64,000 nt of DNA. Source: Nemertoderma westbladi. Taxonomy: Eukaryota; Animalia; Xenacoelomorpha. Both the position numbers and the translations under genes were made by a program. Below the pieces are notes generated by a model. It was given only the letters and a program-made list of their open reading frames with translations. It was not told the DNA's origin and did no database searches. Within the stretch, counting starts at the first letter, position 1. The number at the start of each line of letters is the position of its first letter. Positions 10,855 through 23,520 of this stretch are shown here, piece by piece. The stretch lies in NCBI GenBank assembly GCA_032718475.1, contig JAUCBJ010003681.1:1-64000 (forward strand), given 5' to 3'.

Positions 10855-13800
10855 TCTATATATATAAATATCATGTGTCTGTCTGTCTGTCTGTTTGTTT
10901 GTCTGTCCAAGCTATACGTTTCTACACACAAGCACCAATCGGAGCTCGCGATACATCGAACGAAAGCTCTCGTCACGAGCACATGCACTGTCGCTATCTC
11001 GAGTCTTATTTTACGCGTTTGTTTGCGTGAATGCAGATTTCGTGAATTTGGTACCGGTAGCGCAGTAGGCCTAGCAGTTCATTCTGTCACTCTACATGTT
11101 GGGTCTCGACTATTATGCTACTTTTTGATGCGCATCTACGTGATGCAGACTGCCCCGAGCACATGGACGCGAAACGTCGTTATATCGAGGCGAATTTTAT
11201 GCATCATTTATGTGTGAATGCGTATTTGTGGTCAAATTGGGCTATTATTCCATAACCATTTTCAGCCAAATTTGTCAACCAGCAGGAAACTCTATAACAG
11301 CGGTTGCACCAACAGACTCAATCTGTTCTAAATGATACTTTGCACATACGTTCTTGACCATAGACTGTGTGTTTGGGAAGACACTGATCAATCTGCAGTT
11401 CTCCAGACTGCCGCTAGGGGGCGAAATGTGGGAAACTGAAAACCTGCTCCCATTTCGTTATTATTAATGCCTTTAAACTGATACGTGGCAGAGGTCTACT
11501 ACACTATAGGCTGTGTGTTTTCGGAGGATGCGGACCAATCTGCAATTCCCCAGTCTGCCGCTAGGGGGAGAAATATCTGAAAGTGAAAACCTTATCGCAT
11601 TTCGTTGTTTATAATGCTTTTTTGCTGATACTTGGCAGAGATCTACTCTCCATAGACTGCGTGTTTGTGGAGAACTCTGGTCAATCTGCAATTCCTCTGT
11701 CTGCCGCTAGGGGGCGCAATGTCTGAAAGTGAAAACATTCACCCATTTCGTTATTTATAATGCTTTTTTGCTGGTACTTGGCTGAAGTCTACTACACCAT
11801 AGACTGCGTGTTTGTAGAGAACTCTGAATAATCTACAATTCCTCTGTCTGCCGGTAGGGGGCGCAATGTTTGAAAGTGAAAACCTTCACCCATTTCGTTG
11901 TTTTTAATGCTTTTAGGCTGACACTTGGCAGATGTGTATTACACCATAGGGTGTGTGTCTGGAGAGGACGACGAACAACCTGCAGTTCTCTATTCGGCCA
12001 CTAGGGGGCGAATATCTGAATGTGAAAACCTTATCCCATTTGATGTTTATAATGTTTTTAGGCTGATACTTGTCAGAGGTCTACTTCATCAAAGACTGCG
12101 TGTTAATGGAGAACGCTGACCAATCTGCAATTTCTCAGTCTGCAGCTCGAGGGTGAAATGTCTGAAATGAAAACCTTCTCCCATTTCGTTGTTTCTAATG
12201 CTTTTTTTCTTATATTTGGGAAAGGTACTACACCATAGGCTGTGCGTTTGGGGCGGATGCTAACCAGTCTGCAGTTCTCCAGTATACTGCTAGGGTGCGA
12301 AATGTCTGAAAAGTGAAAACATTCTCACATTTATTTATTAAAAATGCATTTAGGCTGATACTTGGCAGAGGTCTACTGTACTACATCATTGGCTGCGTCT
12401 TTGGGAAGGACGTTGACCAGTCTACCAGTCTGCAGTTCTCCAGTCCGCCACTAGGGGACGATTTATCTGAAATTGAAATCCTTTATGCAGATAGGGGGCG
12501 CAATGTCTGAAAGTGAAAACCTTTATGCATTTTATTGTTTATAATGCTTTTTTGTTGATACTTGGCAGAGGTCTACTACACCATAGACTGTGTGTTTGGG
12601 GAGGAGCTAGAACCAGTCTGCATTTATCCAGTTTACCGCTAGGGGGCCAAATTTCTTGAAAGTGAATACCTTATCCCATTTCGTTATTAATATGCTTTCA
12701 GGCTGACACTTGCCAGATGTGTATTACACCATAGGGCGTGTGTCTGAAGAGGACGCCGAACAACCTGCAGTTCTCTATTCGGCCGCTAGGGGGTGAAATG
12801 TCTGAACGTGAAAACCTTATCCCATTTTGATGTTTATAATGTTTTTAGGCTGATACTTGTCAGAGGTCTACTACATCAAAGACTGCGTGTTTGTGGAGAA
12901 CTAAGACCAATCTGCAATAGCTCTGTCTGTCGCTAGGGGGCGCAATGTCTGAAGGTGAAAACCTTTATGCATTTCATTGTTTATAATGCTTTTTTGCTGA
13001 TACTTGGCAGAGGTCTACTACATCATCGATTGCGTGTTTGGGGAGGAGCTAGAACCAGTCTGCATTTATCCAGTCTACCGCTTGGGGGCCAAATGTCTGA
13101 AAGTGAAAACCTTATCCCAATTCGTTATTAATATGATTTCAGGCTGACACTTGCCAGATGTGTAGTACACCATAGGGTGTGTGTCTAGGTAAGACGCCGA
13201 ACAAACTGCAGTTCTCCATTCGGCCCCTAGGGGGCGAAATGTCTGAAAGTGAAAACCCTCTCCCATTTCGATGTTTATATTGCTTTTAGGCTGATGCTTG
13301 GCAGAGGTCTACTACACCATAGACTGCGTGTTTGAGGAGAACTCTGGCCAATCTGCAATTTCTCAGTCTGCCACTCGAGGGTGAAATGTCTGAAATGAAA
13401 ACCTTCTCCCATTTCGTTGTTTCTAATGCTTTTTTTCTTATATTTGGGAAAGGTACTACACCATAGGCTGTGTGTTTGGGGCGGATGCTAACCAGTCTGC
13501 AGTTCTCCAGTATACTGCTAGGGTACGAAATGTCTGAAAAGTGAAAACATTCTCACATTTATTTATTAAAAATGCATTTAGGCTGATACTTGGCAGAGGT
13601 CATCATTGGCCATCATCACCACATCATTGGCGGCGTCTTTGGGAAGGACGTTGACCAGTCTACCAGTCTGCAGTTCTCCAGTCCGCCACTAGGGGACGAA
13701 TTATCTGAAAGTGAAATCCTTCTCCCATTTAAATTATTTAGAGTTGATTCTTGGCAGCGATCTAAAATTACTGTACAGTACCTACTAAATTTACGAGGAT

Positions 13801-14090
13801 GATAACCTGCAGTTCTACAGTTTAACCTTTTTCCATATTTTTACTATTAATTTTGTAATCCTTTGGAAATGATACTTGGTAGGCATTTACTACAGTATAT
13901 ACAACAAGCCTTTATGTTGTACATAGTAGTTTGTAGTAAAATAGCTTCCGTAATTTTGTTTGAGAGAACACTCAATCATGTGACGTTTTGTTAAGTTAAG
14001 TTAATTAATTAATTACAGAATTAATGTTTGGAATGGTGAATAGGCTTGTGCACTAGAAAGCCGTGGCCCGAAGGGCCACTGGCTTTCTAG
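10855..14090 (+). mobile_element. Non-autonomous Helitron family A, copy 2 (expanded internal array)
   Basis: Same 5' and 3' ends as 6293-8632, with ~16 internal units. Confidence 0.85.
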
Positions 14091-16736
14091 TCTAATATAT
14101 ATAAATATGCATTGTCTGTCTGTCTGTCTGTCTGTTTGTCATCAGCTATACAATCGAACCCATCTCGATGAAATCTCGCTTACTATAGCTCGTTAGAAAG
14201 GTCTCGCCCTAACTCGTTGCAACGTAATACTCAGAGCCGTCTGAAGTTCGCCCGTCTGCCGCTAGAGGGCGATTTTCGTGATTTTCGGGCGAAATTTATC
14301 GAATTATTTCGGTTCTTCTATCGGTAATTAATGATTTAGAGGGCTAACATTTATCCCACCTGGTATAAAATTAACATGGGTAGATTCGCCGTGTCCCATT
14401 CTCACAAAGTTTTTATTTTATTCGAGTGTTTAATATAAATATGTATGATTATTTGTTGATTAAAAATCAAATAGTGTATAAATATGTCATATTCGCCAAG
14501 CACGATCGAATGGGCCTATAGTTATTGAATAGGGAAGGATTGTTTTCTGTATCATAGCAACGTTAAGGTAATTATTGAACTTGCAGCTAGCTGGCTGGGC
14601 ACAGATAAGGAGCAAGCAGGCTGGAGTGTTGATTGGGGTGGGTTTGGGTTGTCTGTTGCGAATTGCTCAGAGTAATTCTGCTTTCTCAATCATTGGCTGC
14701 ATGGAAGGAGAGGTTTATAACATTTTTGTTTTACTGTTATGAATATTAAAAGTAAAATAATTATTTCTGTAGGCCTATACTTACTGTATTATTATTTTAT
14801 CTAATATTATACATCTAATCTCGATGAAATCTCGCTTACTATAGCTCGTTAGATAGGTCTCGCCCTAACTCGTTGCAACGTAATACTCAGAGCCGTCTGA
14901 AGTTCCCCCATCTGCCGCTAGAGGGCGAATTGTCCGATAGTGAAAACCTGATCTCATTGGGTTGTTTTTAATTCTTTTGAGTTGAAACTCGGGGAGAGGT
15001 TTATAACATTTTTGTTTTACTGTTATGAATATTAAAAGTAAAATAATTATTTCTGTAGGCCTATACTTACTGTATTATTATTTTATCTAATATTATACAT
15101 ATAATCTCGATGAAATCTCGCTTACTATAGCTCGTTAGATAGGTCTCGCCCTAACTCGTTGCAACGTAATACGCAGAGCCGTCTGAAGTTCCCCCGTCTG
15201 CCGCTAGAGGGCGAATTGTCCGATAGTGAAAACCTGATCTCATTGGGTTGTTTTTAATGCTTTTGAGTTGAAACTCGGTAGCTATATACTGCAGCATAGG
15301 CTGTATATTTCCGGAGTCACTGAGTTGTCTACAGTTCCCCAGTCTACCGTTAGAGGGCTAAATGTCTGAGAGTTAACATCTTCTCCAACTTTGTTATTTA
15401 CAATCCATTTAGACTGAAACTTGGTAGGCATCTACTACAGCATAGGCTGTATCTTTACTGAGTCGCAGAGTCGTCTACAGTACCCGCGTCTGCCGCTAGA
15501 GGGCAAAATGTATGAAAGTTAACATCTTCTCCAACTTTGTTATTTATAATCCGTTTAGACTGAACTTGGTAGGCATCTACTACAGCATAGGCTATATCTT
15601 TACTGAGTCGCGCAGAGTTGTCTACAGTACCCGCGTCTGCCGCTAGAGGGCGAAATGTATGAAAGTTAACATATTTTCCAACTTTGTTATTTACAATCCT
15701 TTTATACTGGAACTTGGTAGGCATCTACTATAGCATAGGCTATATCTTTGCGGAGTAGTAGAGTCGTCTACAGTTCCACAGTCAGCCGCTAGAGGGCGAA
15801 TTGTCTGATAGTGAAAACCTCATCCCATTTGGTTCTTTTTAATCATTTTGAGCTGAAACTTGGCAGGTATCTACTACATCATAGGCTGTATCTTTACGGA
15901 GTTGCAGAGTTGTATATAGTTCCCCCATCTGCCGCTATAGGGCGAAATATCTGATAGTGAACACCTCATCCCAATTGGTTCTTTTTAACCCCTTTGAGCT
16001 GAAACTTGGCAGGAATCTACTACAGCATATTCTGTATCTTTACGGAGTCCCAGAGTCGTCTACACTTCCCCAGTCTACCGCTAGAAGGTGAAATGTCTGA
16101 AAGTTAACATCTTCTCCAACTTTGTTATTTACAAACGGTTTAGACTGAAACTTGGTAGGCATCTACTACAGCTTAGGCTGTACCTTTACGGAGTCGCAGA
16201 GTTGTATACAGTTCCCCCATCTGCCGCTATAGGGCGAAATATCTGATAGTGAACACCTCATCCCAATTGGTTGTTTTTAACCCCTTTGAGCTGAAACTTG
16301 GCAGGAATCTACTACAGCATATTCTGTATCTTTACGGAGTCCCAGAGTCGTCTACAGTTCTTCAGTCTACCGCTAGAGGGTGAAATGTTTGAATGTGAAC
16401 ATCTACACCAATTTTGTTATTTACAATCTGTTTAAGCTGAAACTTCAAAGGCAGGCATTTTACTTCACCATAAACCCCATCTTTACCAAACTGCTGCGCC
16501 GTCTGCATTTCACCAGTCCGCAGGTAGAGGGTGGATCTGAAAGTGATCATTTTCTGGAAATTTTGTTAATTACAATCTGCCTAAAGTTGAAACTTGACAG
16601 TTATCTCTTTGGGGGTGGTGTTTTATTTAATGATGGTGTCTGTTCCATAAGCAGTTCTCCAATCTCCCACACATAATCATATATCATCTGCACGTGCACT
16701 AGAAAGCTGTGGCCCGAAGGGCCACAGGCTTTCTAG
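14091..16736 (+). mobile_element. Non-autonomous Helitron family B, copy 2
   Basis: Same ends as 8633-10854. It carries an extra internal duplication (~14708-14993 repeated at ~14994-15278) and more array units, and ends CTAG|T. Confidence 0.85.
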
Positions 16737-16753
16737 TATTAAATAAAGATACA

Positions 16754-16793
16754 ATAGTAAACGTTTTCGACCTACCGGTCGGCATCAGACTAT
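16754..16793 (-). ncRNA. Degenerate minimal type-I hammerhead ribozyme (Penelope-like pLTR remnant)
   Basis: Minus strand reads ATAGT-CTGATGC-C-GACC-GGTA-GGTC-GAAA-ACGT-TT-ACTAT: stem I ATAGT/ACTAT, stem II GACC/GGTC, and a palindromic loop-less stem III. The core A9 is replaced by C. Confidence 0.55.
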
Positions 16794-17133
16794 ACATCAG
16801 CATGTACTGGCAACTAACCAGCTGAATATAACCAGCTAAAGACCCTCAATACTTTATTTTTTCTATCATCTTTATAATAAAAACAGTATATCATTCCGGG
16901 GATGGAATTTATAGGTCATCTAATATAATTAATTGTTTAAAGATTAGCAAACAATACGATGTAATTGCATTGATAAAACCCATAAATAAAACTTGGATAT
17001 AAAATGTGAAATCGGGATGCAAAAGATCACTTTCTGAGCTACGAAAGGAAAATTGGATACAACTTATCTGGATACAAGCGGTCCGTTTACCTTACAAAAT
17101 GAAAAATACGAATGTGCGAAGTTAAGAACAGTC

Positions 17134-17203
17134 GGGGGGGGAAGTGTCCGCGGGGGGGAAGTGTCTGGGGGGGAAGTGTCCGGGGGGGAAGTGTCCGAAC
17201 ACC
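17134..17203. repeat. Four copies of GGGGGGGAAGTGTCC, probably the subterminal repeat and end of a MITE
   Basis: The repeats end ...GTCCGAACACC at an abrupt junction with a LINE fragment. The matching other end was not identified. Confidence 0.5.
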
Positions 17204-17317
17204 ATACGGCACAAATTGATTGGTGGGAATCAAGCATGGCATATATTTTTTCAGTGATGGAGAGTAAGGCGTGCGAAGTATAAGTCTTATTGCGGAAACC
17301 ATATTGAAATAAGGAAT
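17204..17317 (-). pseudogene. CR1/L2-group reverse transcriptase fragment
   Basis: Translates to LFQYGFRNKTYTSHALLSITEKIYAMLDSHQSICAV, the QxGFR..ST..AL RT block. Confidence 0.75.
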
Positions 17318-18524
17318 GCCCCTGCACCCAGCAGATGAGCTGCACAGCCAATGGTGGGTCATGTGCGCCAGAGTAGATATGGGTGATGGGCCTCATATCT
17401 GACTACCCACCCTGTGGAATGGCAAACCAGGGTGTGATATTTGCCCCGAGAGCTGACTCGGCAAAAAAGCACCCCCCAACCCCCACTATGGATTACATTA
17501 GTAATGCGGAGGTCCAGCCACTAGAGGCCAGTGGAATGACTGGACACAATCGGCCTCACAGGCGTCAGTTATCTCCTGACCGGCTGCCTGTCTCACCCCC
17601 TACTGGAGAGAGAGCGGCAAACAATTCTTTGAGTCCCTTTCCTGATGACCTTTCTGGCCCAAACCCTGGGTCACCAGGGAGGCCAGATTGTGAGGGGGGG
17701 AGGGATTCTAGAGTTGGAGGCTACTCTCATGTTCCACCCCGACCAACAAAACAATTGGTGAATCTGAGGCAAGTCACTAGACTAGCCTCAGTAAACACCC
17801 TAACACTCGGGTCCCCAATGCGACAAGGTGAGCTGACTGCCTTGGCAGATAAGCTTTCTCTTAGTGCAGTGGGTGTTCAAGAGCACCGAATGCAGACTGG
17901 ACAGACTGATGAGGTTCTGATTAAGGACATGGGGGGCGGTTGGCGACTCGCCCTCGCTTCAGCAGATGATAGTGGCAATGGTGGAATTGGTCTATTGATG
18001 AATCCAACTGCACATGCAGCATTGGACAAAATATACCAAATCTCTAACCGCATCATCCGTTGCCACTTCTCATGTTCTGGAAGACTGGCTAAGAAGTTTC
18101 CTAAGGTGGTTCTGATTGTGTGCTACTCTCCAACTAGTGTTGCCCCTGTAGAGGAGGTGGAAAATTTCTACCAGAATCTACAAGCAGCTACTGATGGAGT
18201 GGATCAGCATGCATTCTTAACATTCCTGGGAAACTTTAATGCAAGTCTGCATCAATCACCTACATCTTCCTGGGTATATAGCGATAGTGTTAACCGAAAT
18301 TCTGTCCATCTTCAGGATTTTATCTCTGGAAATGGATTGTTTTCGGCTGGAACCCAGTTCAAGAAGCGAACTGGAAAGCTATGGACTCATAGTGGACTCA
18401 GTGGTCACAAGTCCCAGATAGACCATATTCTGTTTCGTAGGAAATACAGGAGTTCTATACAAGACTGTAATGCATTTACACTACGACCCTTCTCCAGTGA
18501 TCACCGCCTTATTGTGGCCAAGGT
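17318..18524 (+). mobile_element. 5' part of an RTE-clade LINE (5' UTR plus AP-endonuclease), 3'-truncated
   Basis: ORF 17383-18528 contains the APE motifs LASVNTLTL, VGVQEHR, GGIGLL, CYSPT, GNFNA, QIDHILF and SDHR. Confidence 0.9.
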
Positions 18525-18855
18525 ATAATAGAAATGGGTACTTACTTTTAGACCTAATGGAAGAATGTGAATTGATACCAACAAACACCACATTCGAAAA
18601 GAGTAAGGGGAAGCTATGGACCTTTCAATACCCTAATGGAACCAAAGCACAACTGGATTACATCCTTATAAACAAAAAGTGGAGAAACAGCATGATCAAC
18701 TGCGAGGCATACAGCTCGTTCAACCTAATTGGTTCGGACCACAGAATTGTGACTGCAGAGATAAGACTCAGTTTGAGAGCCAGCAAACCCAGTACAAGCA
18801 AGCAAATCAACTATGACTGGGAGAAACTCAGAACTGACAATGCAGTAAAGGATGC
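18525..18855 (+). mobile_element. Internal fragment of the RTE family found at 20.1-23.5 kb
   Basis: Near-identical to ~21154-21483 (NRNGYLLLDLMEE...EKLRTDNAVKDA). Confidence 0.9.
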
Positions 18856-20102
18856 ACCCCCCTATGGACCTTTTTTGCAAATGGCTATAATTTCTGCTTG
18901 TTTGTAGTTTTGTATATTTTATACCTTTCGGGGGATTAACATATGGCCAAAGATTGGGTTAAAAAAAAATATCAAATTTGCGTCGCCCTCTAGCGGCCAC
19001 CAGCGAAATTGTTAATTTTACTAAATACACTACTAGTCTCACAATTTTTTGTGAAAATTTTCGAAACTTGTTTTTTCTGAATCAGCATCCTCGGCTCCAC
19101 AAAACATTTACATTTACCACAAATTACACACATTTCATTGACAACACATTTATTATACTCTCGTGTCTGCCACTTTCAGTGTGTCTGCGGCGCCACAGTT
19201 GCCTTTTTCTTTTTCTGTAAGGCTCTAACATACTCAGGATACAATTTTTTCTTTGTGACTTTAAAAACTTTACAAGGAACAAATTTATCAATTCCAGTTT
19301 TTAACACATCGGATGATGGATTATTTCACTATAAGGTAGCATTTGTAGCTTAACGTAAAAACTTTCTAAAAGCCGACGCATTTTGATTAAATTACATTAG
19401 ATTTATAACCAAGAGGACAACTAAAATTGGCAGGTTAAACTGCTAAAGGTCTAAAAGCGCGAACATGCAGGAAGAGGATGAGGTGAGAGGAAGTTACAGC
19501 CTTCCTAAGAAGACCGCCCGCGAGCACCCGCGCTCCGGGGAAAACTATTCACATTATGAACCCTCAGTATTAATGTATGTTTTTCCTCCAGGTAGTTTCC
19601 TTCCGCTTGTCTTGCCGACGCAATCCACGTCTGCCCAAACAACCATAGGTTCTCTTTCCGATCTTTACCGAATGGTATTCAATGCGTTCCGCGCATCGAT
19701 TGAGTCTAGGGGTCTCATCGTGATAATATCCAAGACGCACGTGACCGACCCACCGATATTCTAGGCTATTGTTCATAATATATCAAATACGATCTGAGCC
19801 CTGTGCTAATAATAATTAATAAATAACTAATACTATCTGCGATAGTGCAGTCGCTCTGATATCTCTATCGGGGACATTAGAGGTTCCGTATACTGTCGCG
19901 GTACTCCGGGTGTCAACAAATCCTCCATCATCCCTCGCATACCTCGACGATATTCCTCTGAAAGCTGTTGTCGCTGTATATTGACATTATCCATTGGATC
20001 ATCCTTAGAAGTATCCATTATTATTATGGTAAGAAGCCAATTTATTATTAATCCAACAAAGGCAAACCAAAGAGTTAATTATTGTTATGGTTATCAGAGT
20101 TT

Positions 20103-23100
20103 GTACGGGTCGGAAATGGCAAGCCGCCCTCTATCCCCAGCCCGACACGGACCCGAGCTGCCCCTGGCCACGTTAGCGCCGCTAAGCCAATTCCCTATCC
20201 AACAGGCGTGGATGAATGGGTGGATGACGCAACGGCTATCGCGCCGGAAAAACTCGAGGCCGGTCGTACCCAAGGGCTATTCGTCGGGGTAACTAATACC
20301 TAACCCAGGAGGCACACTTGGTTCAGGGTGTAACAAATGGACCCCTACAGTCGGCAGCAGGGCTGTAGGCCATGGATAGGCGGAAGGTAATCAACCAACG
20401 GCGGAAGGTAATCAACCAATGGCGACCTACTGCGAAGACGCTTGTAGGAGTTGCGACCACAAGCGGTTTACCCCCGCAACTGAAAGATATGAGTATGAGA
20501 ACCCTCCAGGAGAAATACCGGCTCGGTCGTCGCCCGGGTCAACAAGGACCGCGTCCCTCAGTGGTACACCAGGCTGGGGTCGATAAATTGGCTACTGGAA
20601 CAGAAGACAGAGAAGAAAGAAGAACCAACCTGTTGAAATGTAAAAAGACACTAAAGATTGCTACAATGAACGCACGCACGCTGAAAGCACAGAGCAAACA
20701 GGGTGACATGGTAGCTCTGGCAATGGAATATAACATCGACATCATCTGCATCCAAGAACATCGGATTTATCATGAAGACACTGCCATGAAGTACAATGAC
20801 ATTGGAAATGGATGGACGTTAGTAACAAGCTCAGCAGTAATAAACTCGGCCAATGCATCAATTGGTGGAGTAGGAATTCTGCTAAGCCCATTTGCACTTA
20901 AGACCCTAAACAACATCGAATCTATAAATTCCAGGGTTATGATCGCAACATTTGATGGGAATCCCAAGACAACAGTTATATGTTGCTACAGTCCAACCAA
21001 TGCATCAGAGCCAGAACAAGCAGTCAAGTTTTATGAAGAACTGACTGGACTTATTAAGGACATCCCGAAACACAATGTTAAAGTCATTGCTGGTGACCTG
21101 AATGCGCAAATTGGCCCAGAAGACATCAAGGGTTACACCTATAACACCAGTTCTAACAGAAATGGGTACTTACTTTTAGACCTAATGGAAGAATGTGAAT
21201 TGATACCAACAAACAACACATTCGAAAAGAGTAAGGGGAAGCTATGGACCTTTCAATACCATAATGGAACCAAAGCACAACTGGATTACATCCTTATAAA
21301 CAAAAAGTGGAGAAATAGCATGATCAACTGCGAGGCATACAGCTCATTCAACCTAATTGGTTCGGACCACAGAATTGTGACTGCAGAGATCAGACTCAGT
21401 TTGAGAGCCAGCAAACCCAGGACAAGCAAGCAAATCAACTATGACTGGGAGAAACTCAGAACTGACAATGCAGTAAAGGATGCTTATACAGTAGAAGTTC
21501 AAAACCGCTTTGAAGCACTTCAGTCAATATACCAGAATATAATAACAGCCCACAAGGAATCAGCTAAGAGGCATATCCCCCAGAAACCTAAACGAAAACA
21601 GTATGTGCCATGGCAAAACTCTGAGGTTACTTGTAAGAGAGAAGATCTTAAGATAGCCTACAAAGTTAAAACCGAACAACCAACAACCGAAAACATTAAC
21701 AAGGTTGAGAAAGCTAAGGACGATCTTAAATTGGCCTATAACATCAGCCAGGAAAAGTACATACAGGATAAAACTGAAGCAATTACAACTGCTCACATAC
21801 AGCAACAATCAAGACTTACCTGGCAAACTGTAAATGAGGTATCTGGTCGGAAAAGTTGTGCAAAGGGGCGCCTCAAAGCTGATAGTCCTGAAGAACGTGT
21901 TGGGAAGTGGAAAAATCACTTCAGCAACTTGCTTGGGCAGCCACCAAACATCGAGGTCAGCCCTACAAGGAAAATATATGACAAGACACTACCTATAGAA
22001 ACAGGGGACTTCACACCTGCCGAACTCGAAAGAAGCATTAAAAGCATGTCCAATAATAAAGCGAGTGGATTAGATGAAATCCCAGCGGAGGTATGGAAAA
22101 CCGGAGTGCTAAATAGACCATTATTGAATGTTTGCAACCGGATGTTAAAAGGGGAAAAGCCACCACCAATTTGGACTAAAGGTCAACTAAAGCCTCTCCC
22201 CAAGAAAGGAGACCTCGGCATACCAACAAACTATCGTGGGATCTGTCTGCTTGTGGTAGCTGCCAAAATATACAATAAAATGATTCTATATAGGATTAGG
22301 CCTCACATAGAGAAACTACTGCGTAAGAGCCAAAACGGATTTCGACCAAGTAGATCAACAATAGCTCAGATACTTGCACTACGGAGACTGATTGAAGGAA
22401 TTAAGTCAAAGAATCTCCCCGCAGTCATGACTTTTGTGGACTTCAAGAAGGCATTCGACTCCATCCATAGAGGTAAAATGCTTGAAATCCTAAGCGCTTA
22501 TGGAATACCAGAAGTAATTGTTGCTGGCATTGGATTGCTATATTGTGACACAGAAGCGCAGGTACTTTCACCAGATGGTGAAACTGAGTTTTTCTCAATC
22601 CTGGCTGGCGTACTGTAAGGTGACACATTAGCACCATTACTATTTGTAATTGTGCTGGATTACGCAATGAGGACGGCCACAAAGGGTGAAGATCTGGGAT
22701 TCACACTTCAAGAATGCAGAAGTAGTAGATATCCGGCAACTACAGTCACAGTCACCGACTTTGCGGATGACATCGCCCTGCTCTCTAATACGCTAGCAGA
22801 TGCACAGCTTCTACTAAATAAAGTGGAGAGGGCTGCTAAGGAGGTTGGATTGCATATAAATGCTACCAAGACCGAATTCATGACCTTTAATGTTGATGGA
22901 AACTTGACAACCATTGATAATAATCAACTAAGGCAGGTCGATGACTTCCAGTACCTTGGATCATGGATAGAGAGTAGCAAAAAGGACATAGAAGTTAGGA
23001 AAGCAAAGGCTTGGGTAGCTCTATCAAAAATGGATACCATCTGGAAATCAGATCTCTCCAGGCACCTGAAGACCAAGTTCTTTCGAGCCACAGTGGAAAG

Positions 23101-23520
23101 TGTATTTTTATACGGGGGTGAGACCTGGACACTGACTAAATCACTTGAACAACGAATTGATGGTTGCTACACAAGACTACTAAGGGCAGCCCTAAACATC
23201 AGCTGGAGACAACACATGACAAACGCCGAGCTTTATGGTACAATACCACCTGTATCAACCACCCTCCGTGAATGCAGATTAAGATTCAGTGGGCACTGCT
23301 GGCGAAGTAAAGACGAGGTCATACCAGATCTACTTCTCTGGCAACCAACTCATGGAAAGCGTAGTCGTGGACGACCTGCCATAACATATATAGATCAACT
23401 TTAAAGGGATACTGAACTTGGGAGAAACGAAATTGCGACAACTATGGAGAATCGGGAAGCCTGGAAGGATCTCATTGCCACTGTCCAAGATCGCTCGACC
23501 TAGTAGTAGTAGTAGTAGTA
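20103..23520 (+). mobile_element. Near full-length RTE-clade LINE (single ORF, APE plus RT) with a (TAG)n tail
   Basis: GC-rich 5' UTR, single frame 20372-23503, and a 3' tail TAGTAGTAGTAGTAGTA beginning at the stop codon. The 5' boundary is approximate. Confidence 0.92.
20372..23503 (+). pseudogene. RTE APE-RT polyprotein frame (1044 codons) with two premature stops
   Basis: APE motifs (IATMNART, IQEHR, GDLNAQ, QLDYIL, SDHR) and RT motifs (NYRGI, QNGFR, FVDFKKAFDS, GVL*GDTLAP, DFADD, FQYLGS, LRFSGHC). The stop at 22616-22618 falls at the conserved Q of GVLQGD. The stop at 23402-23404 is a GAA codon in the sister copy at 36968. Confidence 0.92.

Larger units (their letters stand above)
6820..16560 (+). 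repeat. 146-147-bp satellite-like units inside the Helitrons, each with a CTCF-like motif
   Basis: The core CC(G/A)CTAG(G/A)GGGCG recurs at 6881, 7028, 7174, 7321, 7468, 7612, 7759... in family A and 9466, 9612, 9758, 9905, 10051, 10197, 10343, 10489 in family B. I count roughly 45-50 units in total. Confidence 0.9.

Noticed and set aside
6820-16560. CRISPR-like appearance of regularly spaced conserved motifs (also the 28.3 kb and 31.8-34.7 kb arrays)
   Set aside because: The intervening sequences are homologous to each other rather than unique spacers, there are no cas genes, and the context is eukaryotic.
19430-20100. Short ORFs upstream of the RTE
   Set aside because: They contain no recognisable motifs and no convincing splice-site pair.
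20103-20600. HDV-like ribozyme in the RTE 5' UTR (starts GGGTCGG)
   Set aside because: Such ribozymes occur in RTE 5' UTRs, but I could not assign a complete P1-P4 nested pseudoknot by eye. An RNAMotif or Infernal search would settle it.
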